Positions 32,838 to 45,756 of a DNA stretch of 64,000 bases are shown piece after piece. The DNA comes from an uncultured Gemmatimonadaceae bacterium. Its GTDB lineage: Bacteria; Gemmatimonadota; Gemmatimonadetes; Gemmatimonadales; Gemmatimonadaceae. The notes beneath the pieces were generated by a model, which had not been told where the DNA came from, did no database searches, and saw only the letters and a program-made list of their open reading frames with translations. Both the position numbers and the translations under genes were made by a program. Every line of letters begins with the position of its first letter. The first letter of the stretch is position 1. The stretch spans positions 1 through 64,000 of the forward strand of contig CAVXGK010000001.1 in assembly GCA_963761305.1 (NCBI GenBank), in the 5' to 3' direction.

Positions 32838-33935
32838 ATGGTTCCGTATCGCTCCGAGCACGCGCCCCTCGTGGCCGAGCTTCAGCGACATCTCTGGAAT
32901 CCCGACGTCGAGCTGAACGCCGCCTACCTGAACTGGAAGTATCATCAGAACCCGTACATTCGCGAGCCGCTCATCTACCTCGCGTTCGTGGACGAGCAGC
33001 TCGTCGCGATGCGAGGTGTCTTTGGAACGCGCTGGGAGGCCGGCGAGCCGACCGAATCGTTCACGCTGCCGTACGCCGATGATCTGGTGATCGACCCGGC
33101 CTTCCGCCGGCAAGGCGTGCATCAGCAAGTCATGCGCTTCGCGCTCGATGACCTCGACCGGCGGGGATACCCATATCTGATCAATCTCAGTGCCGGTGGC
33201 GTGACGCAGCGGACGTCGGTGCTGATGCGTTGGCGCAACGCCGGCGGGATGAAGCACGTTCAGCGACACTCGAAGCGCCGGACGACGATGCACTCGTTGG
33301 CCAGCCGAGTATCCAAGCTGCCGATCGTCTGGCGGTTGTCGGACAGACTTCGAGGTCTCGGCCAGCCCGGGGGTGATCATCTCTTCGACCGATTCGACTC
33401 TCGGTCGGCGCGTCGCGCGCGACAGTCCGGGGCGATCTTCGCGCAAGCAACCCCGCTCGCTGAGGAGATGGAGTCGGTCGTCGAGCGGCTTCCCTCCGAT
33501 GGGCGTTTCCGCCACGTCCGCGACCGAACGTACTTCGACTGGCGTTTCAGGAACCCACTACGCAGCTACAGGTTTCTCTACGCGGGCGGCGATCGCCTGG
33601 ACGGATACCTGGTTTTGCAGCGCGCGCTGGAGCGCGACGATCGAGTGAGCATCGTCGATTGGGAAGCCGCGAGCGATTCGGTGTTGGAGGCGCTGCTCAC
33701 GGCCGCCATCGACGACGGGCAGTTTTCGACTCTCTCGGCGTGGCGATTGGGCGCGTCGCCCGCCGCCGAGCGTCTGCTCGATGGGCACGGCTTCCGTCCC
33801 GCGAGCAAGAGCAAGTCCATCCTCGTGCGATCCGTACGCGCCGCCGATCTCGAGAAACCCTGGATGCTGGCCGGTCGTCCCCTCGACGACGCCAGCCACT
33901 GGGATCTTCGAATGATCTACTCCATGGACGGGTGA
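32838..33935 (+). CDS. GNAT family N-acetyltransferase, copy 2 (close paralog; start may be 32793)
   Basis: Colinear and highly similar to 31611-32744. Confidence 0.8.
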   Translation: MVPYRSEHAPLVAELQRHLWNPDVELNAAYLNWKYHQNPYIREPLIYLAFVDEQLVAMRGVFGTRWEAGEPTESFTLPYADDLVIDPAFRRQGVHQQVMRFALDDLDRRGYPYLINLSAGGVTQRTSVLMRWRNAGGMKHVQRHSKRRTTMHSLASRVSKLPIVWRLSDRLRGLGQPGGDHLFDRFDSRSARRARQSGAIFAQATPLAEEMESVVERLPSDGRFRHVRDRTYFDWRFRNPLRSYRFLYAGGDRLDGYLVLQRALERDDRVSIVDWEAASDSVLEALLTAAIDDGQFSTLSAWRLGASPAAERLLDGHGFRPASKSKSILVRSVRAADLEKPWMLAGRPLDDASHWDLRMIYSMDG

Positions 33936-33945
33936 CGGTCACGTC

Positions 33946-34063
33946 GTGATTTTCACCGCAACGAGACGACGCGGCATTCGGAATCGCGTGGCCGATCGCG
34001 TCGCCGATCATGAATGACCGGGACGCGTCCTACCCGGATGTTACGCTGACGCCGACGGCGTGA
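33946..34063 (+). pseudogene. rfbC: Internally deleted dTDP-4-dehydrorhamnose 3,5-epimerase-like remnant
   Basis: Start VIFTAT joined directly to the C-terminal motif DDAAFGIAWPIASPIMNDRDASYPD. Confidence 0.55.
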
Positions 34064-34421
34064 GCGCCGGAGCGCTTCGATTTCTCGTATGGTTCGCCAC
34101 TACGGCGGTGGTGCTGGCGTTGGACGTCGCCCGTTCGACAGCGAATGACCGGTACTGCAACGATTCCGCGGAAGGGGCGGATTTCGCGGAGCACGACGAG
34201 TCCCGTTCTGGTGGAAAACAACAACCTCTTTGTCGTTGTGTCCGCGAAATCCTGCTGTTTTCCGCGAAATCGTTGCAGTACCAGCTTTTTCGAGCCGAAT
34301 TCAGCGGACCTCAGCCAAGCGCGGAATCCCCGGCTGCCAACGTAAGAATCGCCGCCGGAATCGTCTGCGAGCACAGATTCTGAACGCTCATCCTGGTTGC
34401 TCCACGTCTCGACTCGGGGAC

Positions 34422-34811
34422 CTACGGCGCGAGAGACGCGATGACGACTTGCCGCACGCGGCATCCGCTCGCCCGCGCCGGTTCATATCGCCAACGCCCG
34501 ATGGTGTTCTGCGCTCGGCGGAAGATCGACGAGTCGGCGACACGCAGGCCGACCAGCGTTTTCGGCTCGATTCTCCCCGTCGTGTCGACGACGAAGCGCA
34601 CGACGTTCGCCGAATCGCGCCGCGTCGAAACGGGTCGCGGCCGCAAGCTGGAGTCCGCGACGAACTTCGCCGGAACCTGCACCTCCGCCTTTGTGAATAG
34701 CGGCGATCCGGTCGGGCACTGTGCGAACACGGGCTGGACCGGACGCTGTCCAAACGTCTTCAATGAGCCAAAGACGAGACACAGCGCCGCAAGCTTGATA
34801 CTCATTCTCAT
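34422..34811 (-). CDS. Small secreted protein with a TonB C-terminal-like domain
   Basis: VRFVVDTTGRIEP...WRYEPARASGCRVRQVV. Confidence 0.65.
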   Translation of the reverse strand: MRMSIKLAALCLVFGSLKTFGQRPVQPVFAQCPTGSPLFTKAEVQVPAKFVADSSLRPRPVSTRRDSANVVRFVVDTTGRIEPKTLVGLRVADSSIFRRAQNTIGRWRYEPARASGCRVRQVVIASLAP

Positions 34812-34910
34812 TCACGTCGCCTCAACAGGGCCCTGCAAATAGTACGTCGGGGTTGCGGCCAGCGCTGCATCGCTCCTCACGACGTACGACGCGCCACGAA
34901 CGTGCGAGAC

Positions 34911-34952
34911 GTCCACCGCGTCCACCCGTCCACCCGTCCACCCGTCCACCCG
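34911..34952. repeat. 8-nt tandem repeat (GTCCACCC) directly after a stop codon
   Basis: 5 units; same family as 18204-18259. Confidence 0.85.
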
Positions 34953-35408
34953 TCAGGGCGTACAGGACGGTCCTTGAACCGCTTGTGTTCCCCCCGGAAG
35001 CGTGATGCTCCATCCAGCGGCCGTGGCCGGCACGAACGCAGACGTGCTCGGTGAGGCCTCGAGCGAAGGCTCCGATGGCCGCTGCACGCCGAGCGACACC
35101 GGTTTGGCGGTGTTCCAGACGAACGTCGTCGCTTCTCCAGGGCCTGCGACTAGGAATGTCGCCGAGATCGGGATGGTGACGCAGAGCTGAGGCCCGGTCA
35201 TGGTTCCGAGGTCCAGGGACCAATCGCCCCCTGGGGTCTCAGGCTGATTGCTCGGAAAGGCCAGGACTTCTTGAGCGATGCAAGGCCCGGGAGCGCAGCT
35301 GGCATTCGTGACGAGAAGAGTGACGTTGCTCTTTGGCTCGAGCGACGACGAGCAGGAAAGAGCGGCGAGCACGAGCGGTGAAATCGCGATCATGCGACGA
35401 AAGCGCAC
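34953..35408 (-). CDS. Hypothetical lipoprotein
   Basis: Basic leader, hydrophobic stretch and Cys (LAALSC), beta-rich body with Cys pairs. Confidence 0.65.
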   Translation of the reverse strand: MRFRRMIAISPLVLAALSCSSSLEPKSNVTLLVTNASCAPGPCIAQEVLAFPSNQPETPGGDWSLDLGTMTGPQLCVTIPISATFLVAGPGEATTFVWNTAKPVSLGVQRPSEPSLEASPSTSAFVPATAAGWSITLPGGTQAVQGPSCTP

Positions 35409-35468
35409 GTTGTCTCCTGTCGGCGCCGCGATGCTGAACCGTCGTCATGGCGTGCTGGTCACCAGTTC

Positions 35469-35529
35469 GGCCGTTTGGCCGTTGCGCCGTTTGGCCGTTG
35501 CGCCGTTTGGCCGTTGCGCCGTTTGGCCG
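35469..35529. repeat. 16-nt tandem repeat GGCCGTTGCGCCGTTT
   Basis: About 4 units; same family as 22509-22975. Confidence 0.85.
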
Positions 35530-35591
35530 GGATCGCGGACGGAGACAGGCTAGAGGCGCTATCGGCCGAACCGCCCCGATCCCTCCGATTG

Positions 35592-35984
35592 CTACGGTCG
35601 CCGAACGCGCGAACCGAGTGCCGTCATGACAGAGTGGTTGGCGACGGCGAGATCCGCCGCCAACGGACCGTCGCCTTTATCTGCAGCGATGGCCGCCGAC
35701 TGCTCGATCGCGCGAACAACCCGGACGGCCATGGTGAACCCGCACGTGAGACGCGTTTCAGTGGCGGTTGCCCCGCGGTCGTCCACGCCAATGCGTACCT
35801 GACTGACTCCATCACGCCGCGCCGCCGCGATGATCGCAATCGGATCGATGAGGGCGAGCACGCGCCTGGGCAGCAGAAAGTGAATGGTTTCGTTCGACGA
35901 ACGATGCTCGACCACGGACTCTCCGTCCGTGTCGGCGTACGATTGCGGGGCTTGCTCGATGAGCAACGGTGCTGGGTTTGACAT
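35592..35984 (-). CDS. Hypothetical protein
   Basis: 130-aa ATG ORF with plausible composition. Confidence 0.45.
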   Translation of the reverse strand: MSNPAPLLIEQAPQSYADTDGESVVEHRSSNETIHFLLPRRVLALIDPIAIIAAARRDGVSQVRIGVDDRGATATETRLTCGFTMAVRVVRAIEQSAAIAADKGDGPLAADLAVANHSVMTALGSRVRRP

Positions 35985-36052
35985 GTGGACTCGTCACTGG
36001 CAATTCGCGCGCCGAGTGTGCAATGCATCACCGACGCCGCCGGTGCGCGCGG

Positions 36053-36253
36053 CTAACGACAGATCGCCATTGCCAGTGCGCTCGCGAGAATTGACAGGGA
36101 CACGAGCCCCGTGCGAAGTCGGTTGATGTCATTGCCCTCGCGGACCGACGTCCCGGGGGACGGGTTTGGCGCCGCGCAGCGTGGGCAGACCTTGATCGAC
36201 TGGCTTACTGGGTTCCCACACATGCGGCACGCCAGGAGCTGCGACGCCGACAT
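36053..36253 (-). CDS. Small zinc-ribbon protein with a C-terminal hydrophobic segment
   Basis: CRMC-x10-CPRC. Confidence 0.55.
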   Translation of the reverse strand: MSASQLLACRMCGNPVSQSIKVCPRCAAPNPSPGTSVREGNDINRLRTGLVSLSILASALAMAICR

Positions 36254-36389
36254 ATGAATTCCGGTCTGGTTTGTGTATTGACCGCCTCAAATGCCTCGAG
36301 ACGTTCGAGGGCAGGTCGGGATCTCCGGCAATAAACGCGCCCGGTGTCGTGGCGCATCGCAAGCCGCGCGCGAGTCGTACGAGATGGGC

Positions 36390-36427
36390 CGCGACAGCGC
36401 GACAGCGCGACAGCGCGACAGCGCGAC
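36390..36427. repeat. 8-nt tandem repeat (CGCGACAG)
   Basis: About 5 units. Confidence 0.85.
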
Positions 36428-36519
36428 CGCCGGCTCCGCGTTACGCGGTCGATGATGGCCGCAAACGCATTTTGGCGTAATGCGGGTCAGCACCGTCCCT
36501 CTCACCGAAGGGGTATCCC

Positions 36520-36843
36520 ATGGGTTTGATGCCAGCAGGAGCCAGCAATCCGTTCAGCCCTGTCGACCAGCAGACCGTATTCGGCACGCTCAAGGAAACC
36601 GGATCGCGCGATCCCGACATCCTGTATGCGCACAAGGAGACGATGCTCGCGCCGTACAAGAACCTCAAACGGCTGGCGATCATCGGCGCAGGCATTGGAG
36701 GCCTGTTCACGATCATGATCTTCATGGCGTGGTTCGGTATTCCAGTGCTCATCGCCTCCTGGCTTCTGTGGCGGTTCCAAGCCAAGCAGGTCGCCAACAT
36801 CGAAGCCGGGTACGCGCGGTACCAGGCGTCATTGAGTACATGA
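36520..36843 (+). CDS. Hypothetical membrane protein
   Basis: 107 aa with two TM helices. Confidence 0.7.
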   Translation: MGLMPAGASNPFSPVDQQTVFGTLKETGSRDPDILYAHKETMLAPYKNLKRLAIIGAGIGGLFTIMIFMAWFGIPVLIASWLLWRFQAKQVANIEAGYARYQASLST

Positions 36844-36929
36844 GGCTGCCTCACCGAACAGCTGAACAGTGCGAATGACCAGCCGCCGCGAGTCTCGACA
36901 GAGGTAGATTCGACGCCGACGAGCGAATC

Positions 36930-37733
36930 ATGGCGAAATCGGTCGACCTCTACGACAACGTTTATAGCGATTTTGAAAGCCGCGCCGAGACGGCGGTGCG
37001 GCGCGCGGCCTTCGGCGAGGACATCGGCCAAAGCAGTTGGATGACTGCGGACGACTGGCTGGGATTCGCCGACCTGGCGCATGTGCGGGAAGGTTCGCAA
37101 GTCCTCGAGGTGGGAAGCGGATCGGGCGGGCCGGCGGTCTATCTCGCGACGAGGCGAGGGTGTCGCCTGACCGCTGTTGACATCAACCGGCACGGTGTCG
37201 AGAACGGCCGACAGCTCGCCCAGTCCCGCGCGGTCGCTGATCGAGTGCGCTTCGAGGTGATCGACGCAAGCAGGCCGCTTCCGTTTCCCGCGGACTCGTT
37301 CGACGCGATCCTGTCCAACGACGCGATGTGCCACATCGCCAACCGACTCGACACGCTGCGCGATTGGCACCGCGTGCTCCGCCGCGGGGGCCGCATCATG
37401 TACACGGATGCGCTGATCGTCACCGGCGCGATCACCGCCGAGGAGATCGCCACGCGCAGCTCCATCGGGCTATACGTCTTCGTGCCGCCAGGCGAAAACG
37501 AGCGATTGATCGGCGCGGCCGGATTCACGCTGGTCGCCGCCAACGATGTGACGGCGGCGGCGGAAACGATCGCCGGCCGCTGGCACGACGCGCGTGAGGC
37601 GCACTCGACGGAACTGACGGCGCGCGAGGGCGAGGCCAACTTCTCGGGGCTCCAGCGATTCCTGTCGTGTGTGCGCGCGGTGTCGGCCGAGCGCAGGCTC
37701 TCACGTTTCTGCTACGTCGCCGAGAAGGCCTGA
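36930..37733 (+). CDS. Class I SAM-dependent methyltransferase
   Basis: VLEVGSGSGG, LPFPADSFDAILSND, RVLRRGG. Confidence 0.9.
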   Translation: MAKSVDLYDNVYSDFESRAETAVRRAAFGEDIGQSSWMTADDWLGFADLAHVREGSQVLEVGSGSGGPAVYLATRRGCRLTAVDINRHGVENGRQLAQSRAVADRVRFEVIDASRPLPFPADSFDAILSNDAMCHIANRLDTLRDWHRVLRRGGRIMYTDALIVTGAITAEEIATRSSIGLYVFVPPGENERLIGAAGFTLVAANDVTAAAETIAGRWHDAREAHSTELTAREGEANFSGLQRFLSCVRAVSAERRLSRFCYVAEKA

Positions 37734-38179
37734 ATGGGCGTCTCTGTCTCTCGCATTGCTCTTGTAACGTTGGCTTGGTGAGCATTGGTGCTGCGTGTGG
37801 TGCCTTGCTTGGCGGAATTACGCTCGACGTGCAATTGCCCCCCTTCCCCCATACCCGTCAATTCGCAGCGTTGTCCTTCACCACGCGTCTGCGCGTGGAA
37901 GTCACCAACCTCTTATTCTTCTTCCGTTTTGGCGCCGAAATCGGAGCGTGGCTCGGAGCCGCGCTCGCCCCGATAGTCGGCTGGATTTTCCTTCGCCGCA
38001 TCCCCCTTCATCGAGCGATCGGACAAACCGCGTTAGGGACGGTCCTCGGCATCGCGGTCGCCGCGGCGGTGCAACCACAATCCTGCGTGTTGTACGCCGT
38101 TGCCGGCTTCTTGGCGGCGACGGTTCGACTGTGGATCTCGACGCAGCGTCGTGGGCGCGCCGAGCCCGAGCCTGCCTAG
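37734..38179 (+). CDS. Hypothetical membrane protein (probable frameshift near 37770)
   Basis: ATG immediately after the upstream stop; several hydrophobic Gly/Ala-rich helices. Confidence 0.5.
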
Positions 38180-38249
38180 TCCGGCGTACTGAGTTCCGCC
38201 GGATCGCCACCGCCGGCGGCGCCTGGCAAGGCGGCGTACTTTGCCACGC

Positions 38250-39278
38250 ATGTCGCTCGAATCACGGCCTCGCGTTTCACTCGCCAGCCTGCCGACGCCG
38301 ATCGTCGAGGCGCATCGGCTGCGCGCCACGCTAGGCGGCGCTGCCCGGTGTCCGAGAATCCTCATCAAGCGCGACGACCTCACCGGCCTCGCCCTCGGCG
38401 GCAACAAGGCGCGCAAGCTCGAGTTCTTGATGGGCGACGCGCTGGCGCAGCGCGCCGACGTCGTGGTCTCGAGCGGCGCGACGCAATCCAACCACGCGCG
38501 GATGACGGCCGCCGCGGCCCGCGCCGTTGGACTCGACTGCGTCCTCGTGCTCTCGGCACGCACGGCCGACCCTCCGCTGCAGGGGAACCTGCTGCTCGAC
38601 CGGTTGTTCGGCGCGACGATTCACTTCATTAGAGCAAATCCGGATCCGCGCTTCGCCGTCGCCGCCGACGAGGTCGAGAGGGTGAACGAGATCGTCGATG
38701 ATCTCACGCGACGCGGACGCCGCCCGTACGTGATTCCGATCGGTGGCTCGAGCCCCGTCGGCGCGCTCGGCTATGTCGATGGGACGCGTGAGATCGTCGA
38801 GCAGCTCACCACATCGGCAACGCGGGTCGATCGCCTCTATTACGCCAGCGGGTCGCGCGGAACACAGGCCGGGCTGGAACTCGGCGCGCGAATGTTCGGT
38901 GCCGAGTATCGACTCCATGGAATCGCCGTCAGCGCCGGAGAAGACGAGAAGCAGCGTCGCGCCGCGCGCCTCGTGAATGACGCGGCAGCGTTGCTCGGAC
39001 TCAGCGTTCGCGTGGATGCGCCGGAACTCTTCACGGACCAGCGGTTCATCGGCGAGGGATATGGGATTCCGAGCGCGGACTGTCTCGATGCGATCAAACT
39101 GCTCGCGCGGAGCGAGGCGATCCTGCTCGACCCGTGCTACACGGGAAAGGGAATGGCGGGGCTGATACATGACGTGCGTGGCGGAGCGATCTCGCCGGAG
39201 GAGACTGTCATTTTTCTCCACACCGGCGGAGCGCCTGCCCTATTCTCGCAGCCGGACCCCGCGGCCCTCGTGCGTTAG
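38250..39278 (+). CDS. D-cysteine desulfhydrase / ACC deaminase family PLP enzyme
   Basis: IKRDDLTGLALGGNKARKLEFL, QSNHAR, PIGGS, GSRGTQAG, LDPCYTGK, FLHTGG. Confidence 0.92.
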   Translation: MSLESRPRVSLASLPTPIVEAHRLRATLGGAARCPRILIKRDDLTGLALGGNKARKLEFLMGDALAQRADVVVSSGATQSNHARMTAAAARAVGLDCVLVLSARTADPPLQGNLLLDRLFGATIHFIRANPDPRFAVAADEVERVNEIVDDLTRRGRRPYVIPIGGSSPVGALGYVDGTREIVEQLTTSATRVDRLYYASGSRGTQAGLELGARMFGAEYRLHGIAVSAGEDEKQRRAARLVNDAAALLGLSVRVDAPELFTDQRFIGEGYGIPSADCLDAIKLLARSEAILLDPCYTGKGMAGLIHDVRGGAISPEETVIFLHTGGAPALFSQPDPAALVR

Positions 39279-39285
39279 TCGTCAC

Positions 39286-39468
39286 ATGGACGAGCTACTC
39301 GCCGGCATCACACTGAACGACAATCAGCGGCGGCACTTCGAGGTGTTGCTTACTCGTCTCGAAGACTCGCTGTCGACGATAGAAATGCTCCTCGCCGAGC
39401 GCCTCGATCCGGCGCTTCTGCGCCTGGCCGAATCGCTCCAACACCTCGGGTCGGCGCTCAAGCAATAG
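39286..39468 (+). CDS. Small hypothetical helical protein (possibly a shortened remnant)
   Basis: MDELLAGITLNDNQRRHFEVLLTRLEDSL...; starts 7 bp after the upstream stop. Confidence 0.4.
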   Translation: MDELLAGITLNDNQRRHFEVLLTRLEDSLSTIEMLLAERLDPALLRLAESLQHLGSALKQ

Positions 39469-39472
39469 GGCT

Positions 39473-41945
<2,473 letters not shown>

Positions 41946-42135
41946 TCGGGGGAAAGACGTGAGTCAGACAGCTTGAGGGGCAAGGACGGCGTCGTCAATG
42001 CTTCCTATCCCACGTCGTTTGGAAGGGCGAGAAATCGACACGCTCGACGGCTAGCTCACTCTAGCCCCGCCTGATGAACTTCGGTAAGGTCCCCCGCAGG
42101 CACCACCGCAACGAACGGTTCTCGGCTACCGGACT

Positions 42136-42784
42136 CATGTTCCGCCTCGGGCACCCCGACGATTTCTCAGGCCAAGGCGACGAGGAACGCGTGGTCGACT
42201 CGCCGTTTCATCTGCGGCTGCGCCGAGACACCGCGCCCCAGCACGAGGCGATCGAGAGACAGCTGGACCTGCTCGATCCGGAGCTCTCGCTGCACCGCTA
42301 TCGACTGGTCCTCGAGAGTTTCCACGGGTTCTACGCCCCAGTAGAAAGCGAGCTCCCGCGCCTGGTGGCGACGACGCCCTCGCTTGGGTTTCCACTCCGA
42401 CCACGAGCGCCTCTCCTGGAGCGCGATCTGCTTTCGCTTGGCTTGTCACGTTCTGACATCGCCGCGCTCCCCCGATGCGCTGACCTGCCTCGCTTGTGCC
42501 GAACCGAGCATCTGGCGGGATGTTTGTATGTCCTCGAGGGTGCGTGCCTTGGAGGACAGATCATCGCCAAAGCTCTGCGCGGCCGGCTGCCCCTCACCAA
42601 CGATCTCGGTCTCTCGTTCTTCGTGGGTGACGGGAGCGGGACAGGCGCGAGGTGGCGGTTGGTGCTCGGCTGGCTGGAAGACCTGGTGCGCCGCGGCGCG
42701 CTTGGCGACGAGATCGTCGCATCGGCCCGCGAGACCTTTTGCTCGCTCGGGCGCTGGGTGGAGCTGATAGGGGCGTCCAGATGA
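42136..42784 (+). CDS. bphO: Biliverdin-producing heme oxygenase (start uncertain)
   Basis: LRRDTAPQHEAIE, GCLYVLEGACLGGQII; ATGA overlap with the phytochrome. Confidence 0.85.
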
Positions 42785-45012
42785 CGGAGGAGCGCGACCT
42801 CGTTGATCTGACGAACTGCGACCGCGAGCCGATCCACATCCCCGGTTCCATCCAGCCCCACGGCGTGCTGCTGGTCATGACGGAACCGGAATTTGTAGTC
42901 ATGCAAGTCAGCGAGAACGTCGTCGACCATCTCGGTGTTCGCGTCGAGGACGTCCTGACGCGACCGCTCTCCGCTCTTTTCGATCGGTCGTCAGTCGAGG
43001 CGGTCCGGACGGCTTTGTCGGGAGGACCGCCGGAACGGGCGAATGCAATCCGCATCCTGGCGTCCGGCAAGCCCTTCGACGCCATCGTGCATCGCCACAA
43101 GGGCGCGGCAATCCTCGAGCTCGAGCCAGCGTCGCCAGTCTCCGCCGAAGACATCGGACATCATCCACTTCGGCAGACTCTGATTCGCGTGCAGGACGTG
43201 GGCTCGGTGCGTGAGCTAGCCAACATCGTGGTCGAGGAGGTGAAGCAGGTGACCGGGTTTGACCGCGTCATGTTCTATCGGTTCAACGAGGTCGGGGACG
43301 GTTCCGTCGATGCAGAATCGGTCGCGCCAGGACTCGAGCCTTACCTGGGCCTCCACTATCCGGCGTCCGACATCCCTCAGCCGGCGCGTCAGCTTTACCT
43401 CGAGAACAGGCTTCGAATCATCGCCGACGCCCGTGCCCAGCCGGCGCGGATCGTCCCGACACTACGGCCGGACACGGGTGCTCCGCTGGATCTCAGCTTC
43501 GCGGTGCTGCGTAGCGTTTCGCCCATCCACCTCGAGTACATGGCCAACATGGGTCTTCGCGCCTCGATGAGCATATCGCTCGTCGTGCGCGACCGCTTGT
43601 GGGGCCTCATCAGCTGTGCGAATCACACTGGCCCGCGCCTTGTCCCGCAGCACCTGCGCGTGGCGTGTGAGTTTCTCGGTCGCCTCACCTCTCTCCAGAT
43701 CGACGCCCTCGAGGATCGGGAAGCGGCTGCGCGGCGCGCTTCGAGTCAGGCCACGGCTTCACTGCTCTCCGACACGATGCGCACGCAAGACGACGCGACG
43801 AACAACGTGCTCGAAAGCCTGCTTGCGCGCAGCTCGGAGCTATTGCGGCTGGTGGACGCGGAAGGCGTCGCTGTCGTGGAGGGCACAGGAGAGCCGGTAA
43901 CGGCAGGGCGCACACCGCCGCCTGCTTTCATCCAGGAAATCGCCAAATGGCTCGAGGACCGCACGAAGACGTTTTCGACTGCATCTCTGGCGACACAATT
44001 TCCCGCAGCCGTGGAAGCCAAGGACGTCGCCAGCGGCCTGCTGACGTTCGCGTTGCCCGGCCTGCCGCTGCGTCGCCTGCTCTGGTTCAGGCCGGAGATC
44101 GTCAGGACGGTGACTTGGGGCGGCGATCCTGCCAAGCCCGTCGAGCGCGACCACTCGATGCGTCTACACCCGAGGGCTTCGTTTGCGGCGTGGAAAGAGG
44201 AAGTGCGGCTCCAATCCCATCCGTGGACGGACGGCGATCTCGCGGCGGCCGAGGACCTTCGCCGGTATGCGCTCGAGATCGACCTCGAGCGGCAGGTGCT
44301 GCGCGCGTCTCGAGCGGTGTTCGCCCGCGAAGAGATCCTTGCAATAGTATCGCACGACCTCCGGAACCCGCTGGGGGTCGTGCAGCTGGACGCAGCGGAA
44401 CTGAAAACATGGGAGATCCCAAGCGACAAAGACATCACCGACAAGTTGCGGGCAAGCGCCGATCGGATCCTGCGATCGGTCGGTCTCATGACCCGCCTCA
44501 TCGCGGATCTCTTGGATATGGCAAAGATCGACGCAGGTCGTCTCGACTTGCGGAGGCAACCCGAGGCGAGCCGCCCTCTCATCGAAGACGTGTTGAGGAT
44601 CCTTGAACCGCTGGCGCACGCCAAGCAGATCACCATCGAGAAGGAGCTCACCGAGGCGCCGCCGGTGAACGCAGATCGCGATCGCATCTTCTATGTGCTC
44701 TCGAACATCCTCGGCAACGCGATCAAGTTTACTCCCGAGCGGGGCACGATCGCGCTCCGCACGGAACGACGTAAGGACGAACTGTTGATCATCGTCGACG
44801 ACTCCGGGCCCGGTATTCCACCCGAGCAGCTCGCCCACGTGTTCGACCGTTACCGGCGCGGCCGCTCCAGTCAGGGAGGCACCGGTCTCGGACTCTACAT
44901 CGCCAAAGGAATCGTCCTCGCGCACGGCGGAGGCATTTGGGCCGAGGCGGCGCCCGGCGGCGGAGCGAGGTTCTGTCTGACACTGCCCCTTGCCACGCCC
45001 GTACCCGGCTAA
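42781..45012 (+). CDS. bphP: Bacteriophytochrome histidine kinase (PAS-GAF-PHY-HisKA-HATPase)
   Basis: NCDREPIHIPGSIQPHG with the bilin-binding Cys, DRVMFYRF, YPASDIP, SPIHLEY, WGGDP, PRASF, SHDLRNPL, GTGLGL. Confidence 0.95.
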   Translation: MTEERDLVDLTNCDREPIHIPGSIQPHGVLLVMTEPEFVVMQVSENVVDHLGVRVEDVLTRPLSALFDRSSVEAVRTALSGGPPERANAIRILASGKPFDAIVHRHKGAAILELEPASPVSAEDIGHHPLRQTLIRVQDVGSVRELANIVVEEVKQVTGFDRVMFYRFNEVGDGSVDAESVAPGLEPYLGLHYPASDIPQPARQLYLENRLRIIADARAQPARIVPTLRPDTGAPLDLSFAVLRSVSPIHLEYMANMGLRASMSISLVVRDRLWGLISCANHTGPRLVPQHLRVACEFLGRLTSLQIDALEDREAAARRASSQATASLLSDTMRTQDDATNNVLESLLARSSELLRLVDAEGVAVVEGTGEPVTAGRTPPPAFIQEIAKWLEDRTKTFSTASLATQFPAAVEAKDVASGLLTFALPGLPLRRLLWFRPEIVRTVTWGGDPAKPVERDHSMRLHPRASFAAWKEEVRLQSHPWTDGDLAAAEDLRRYALEIDLERQVLRASRAVFAREEILAIVSHDLRNPLGVVQLDAAELKTWEIPSDKDITDKLRASADRILRSVGLMTRLIADLLDMAKIDAGRLDLRRQPEASRPLIEDVLRILEPLAHAKQITIEKELTEAPPVNADRDRIFYVLSNILGNAIKFTPERGTIALRTERRKDELLIIVDDSGPGIPPEQLAHVFDRYRRGRSSQGGTGLGLYIAKGIVLAHGGGIWAEAAPGGGARFCLTLPLATPVPG

Positions 45013-45045
45013 GCGAACCCCCATCGACGGCCGTACCAACGCGCG

Positions 45046-45543
45046 CTACGCGAGTCCCTTCGCGCGCTTGTAGTACGCGATGTACTCCTTTGGCGTCGAC
45101 ATCGCGATCACTTTCGCGACGGAGGTGAGCTCGAGATCATCGAGCTCCTTGAAGTGGAGACAGCACTTCCCCATGTCGAGCCGCTTCCCCGCTTTCTTGA
45201 ATGCGTCGACGAGCAGCTTCTCGGAGAACGGCGACGTGTACTTGCCGTTCGAGCTCTCGTACGTGCCCATCAGGTAGAGCGAGTTGTAGCTCTTCTGCGC
45301 GCCAAGGCCCACGTAGCAGAGCGGCTGACCGTTGTGCGTGTTGGAGAACTCTTCGAGCGGGATCCCCCAGTTGATCACGCCCCAATTCATGAACTCTGCG
45401 TACCCCTCGGGGATGTGCCTGCGGACGAAGGCGCGGGCCTCTTCGATCACCGCCCGCTTTTCCGGAGTGAGCGAGGCCAGGTAGGCGGCCACGGTGGTTG
45501 GGCGTGCGGTCTTCGGCTTTGAGCGTGATTTCCTGGCAGCCAT
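45046..45543 (-). CDS. DUF1801 domain protein
   Basis: TVAAYLASL, IPEGYAEFMNWG, NGQPLCY, AQKSYNSLYLM, LDMGKCCLHFK. Confidence 0.8.
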   Translation of the reverse strand: MAARKSRSKPKTARPTTVAAYLASLTPEKRAVIEEARAFVRRHIPEGYAEFMNWGVINWGIPLEEFSNTHNGQPLCYVGLGAQKSYNSLYLMGTYESSNGKYTSPFSEKLLVDAFKKAGKRLDMGKCCLHFKELDDLELTSVAKVIAMSTPKEYIAYYKRAKGLA

Positions 45544-45756
45544 CGAGCTGTTCCTCGTGTTCGGGTGCTCCGACCGGTTCGCGTCGGTTGCTGCGCCGTT
45601 CGCGGTCTCACCAACACATCGAACGAGACCGGTGAAAATCGACACGAGCTTCGAGATCGAGACAACAAGACGGCGCCATCGGCGCCGCTGCGTGCTCGCG
45701 ACGTGCTAATGAGGAGGTTCGGTCGTCAGAATTGAGTACCGACCCGACGCGGGCGC

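Noticed and set aside
30930..33935. Diversity-generating retroelement (Avd-like gene plus repeated 3' gene ends)
   Set aside because: No reverse transcriptase in the window, and differences among the three GNAT 3' ends are not confined to adenines; tandem duplication explains them
34826..34900. Possible MITE or IS terminal sequence
   Set aside because: Only a vague resemblance; no partner inverted repeat found
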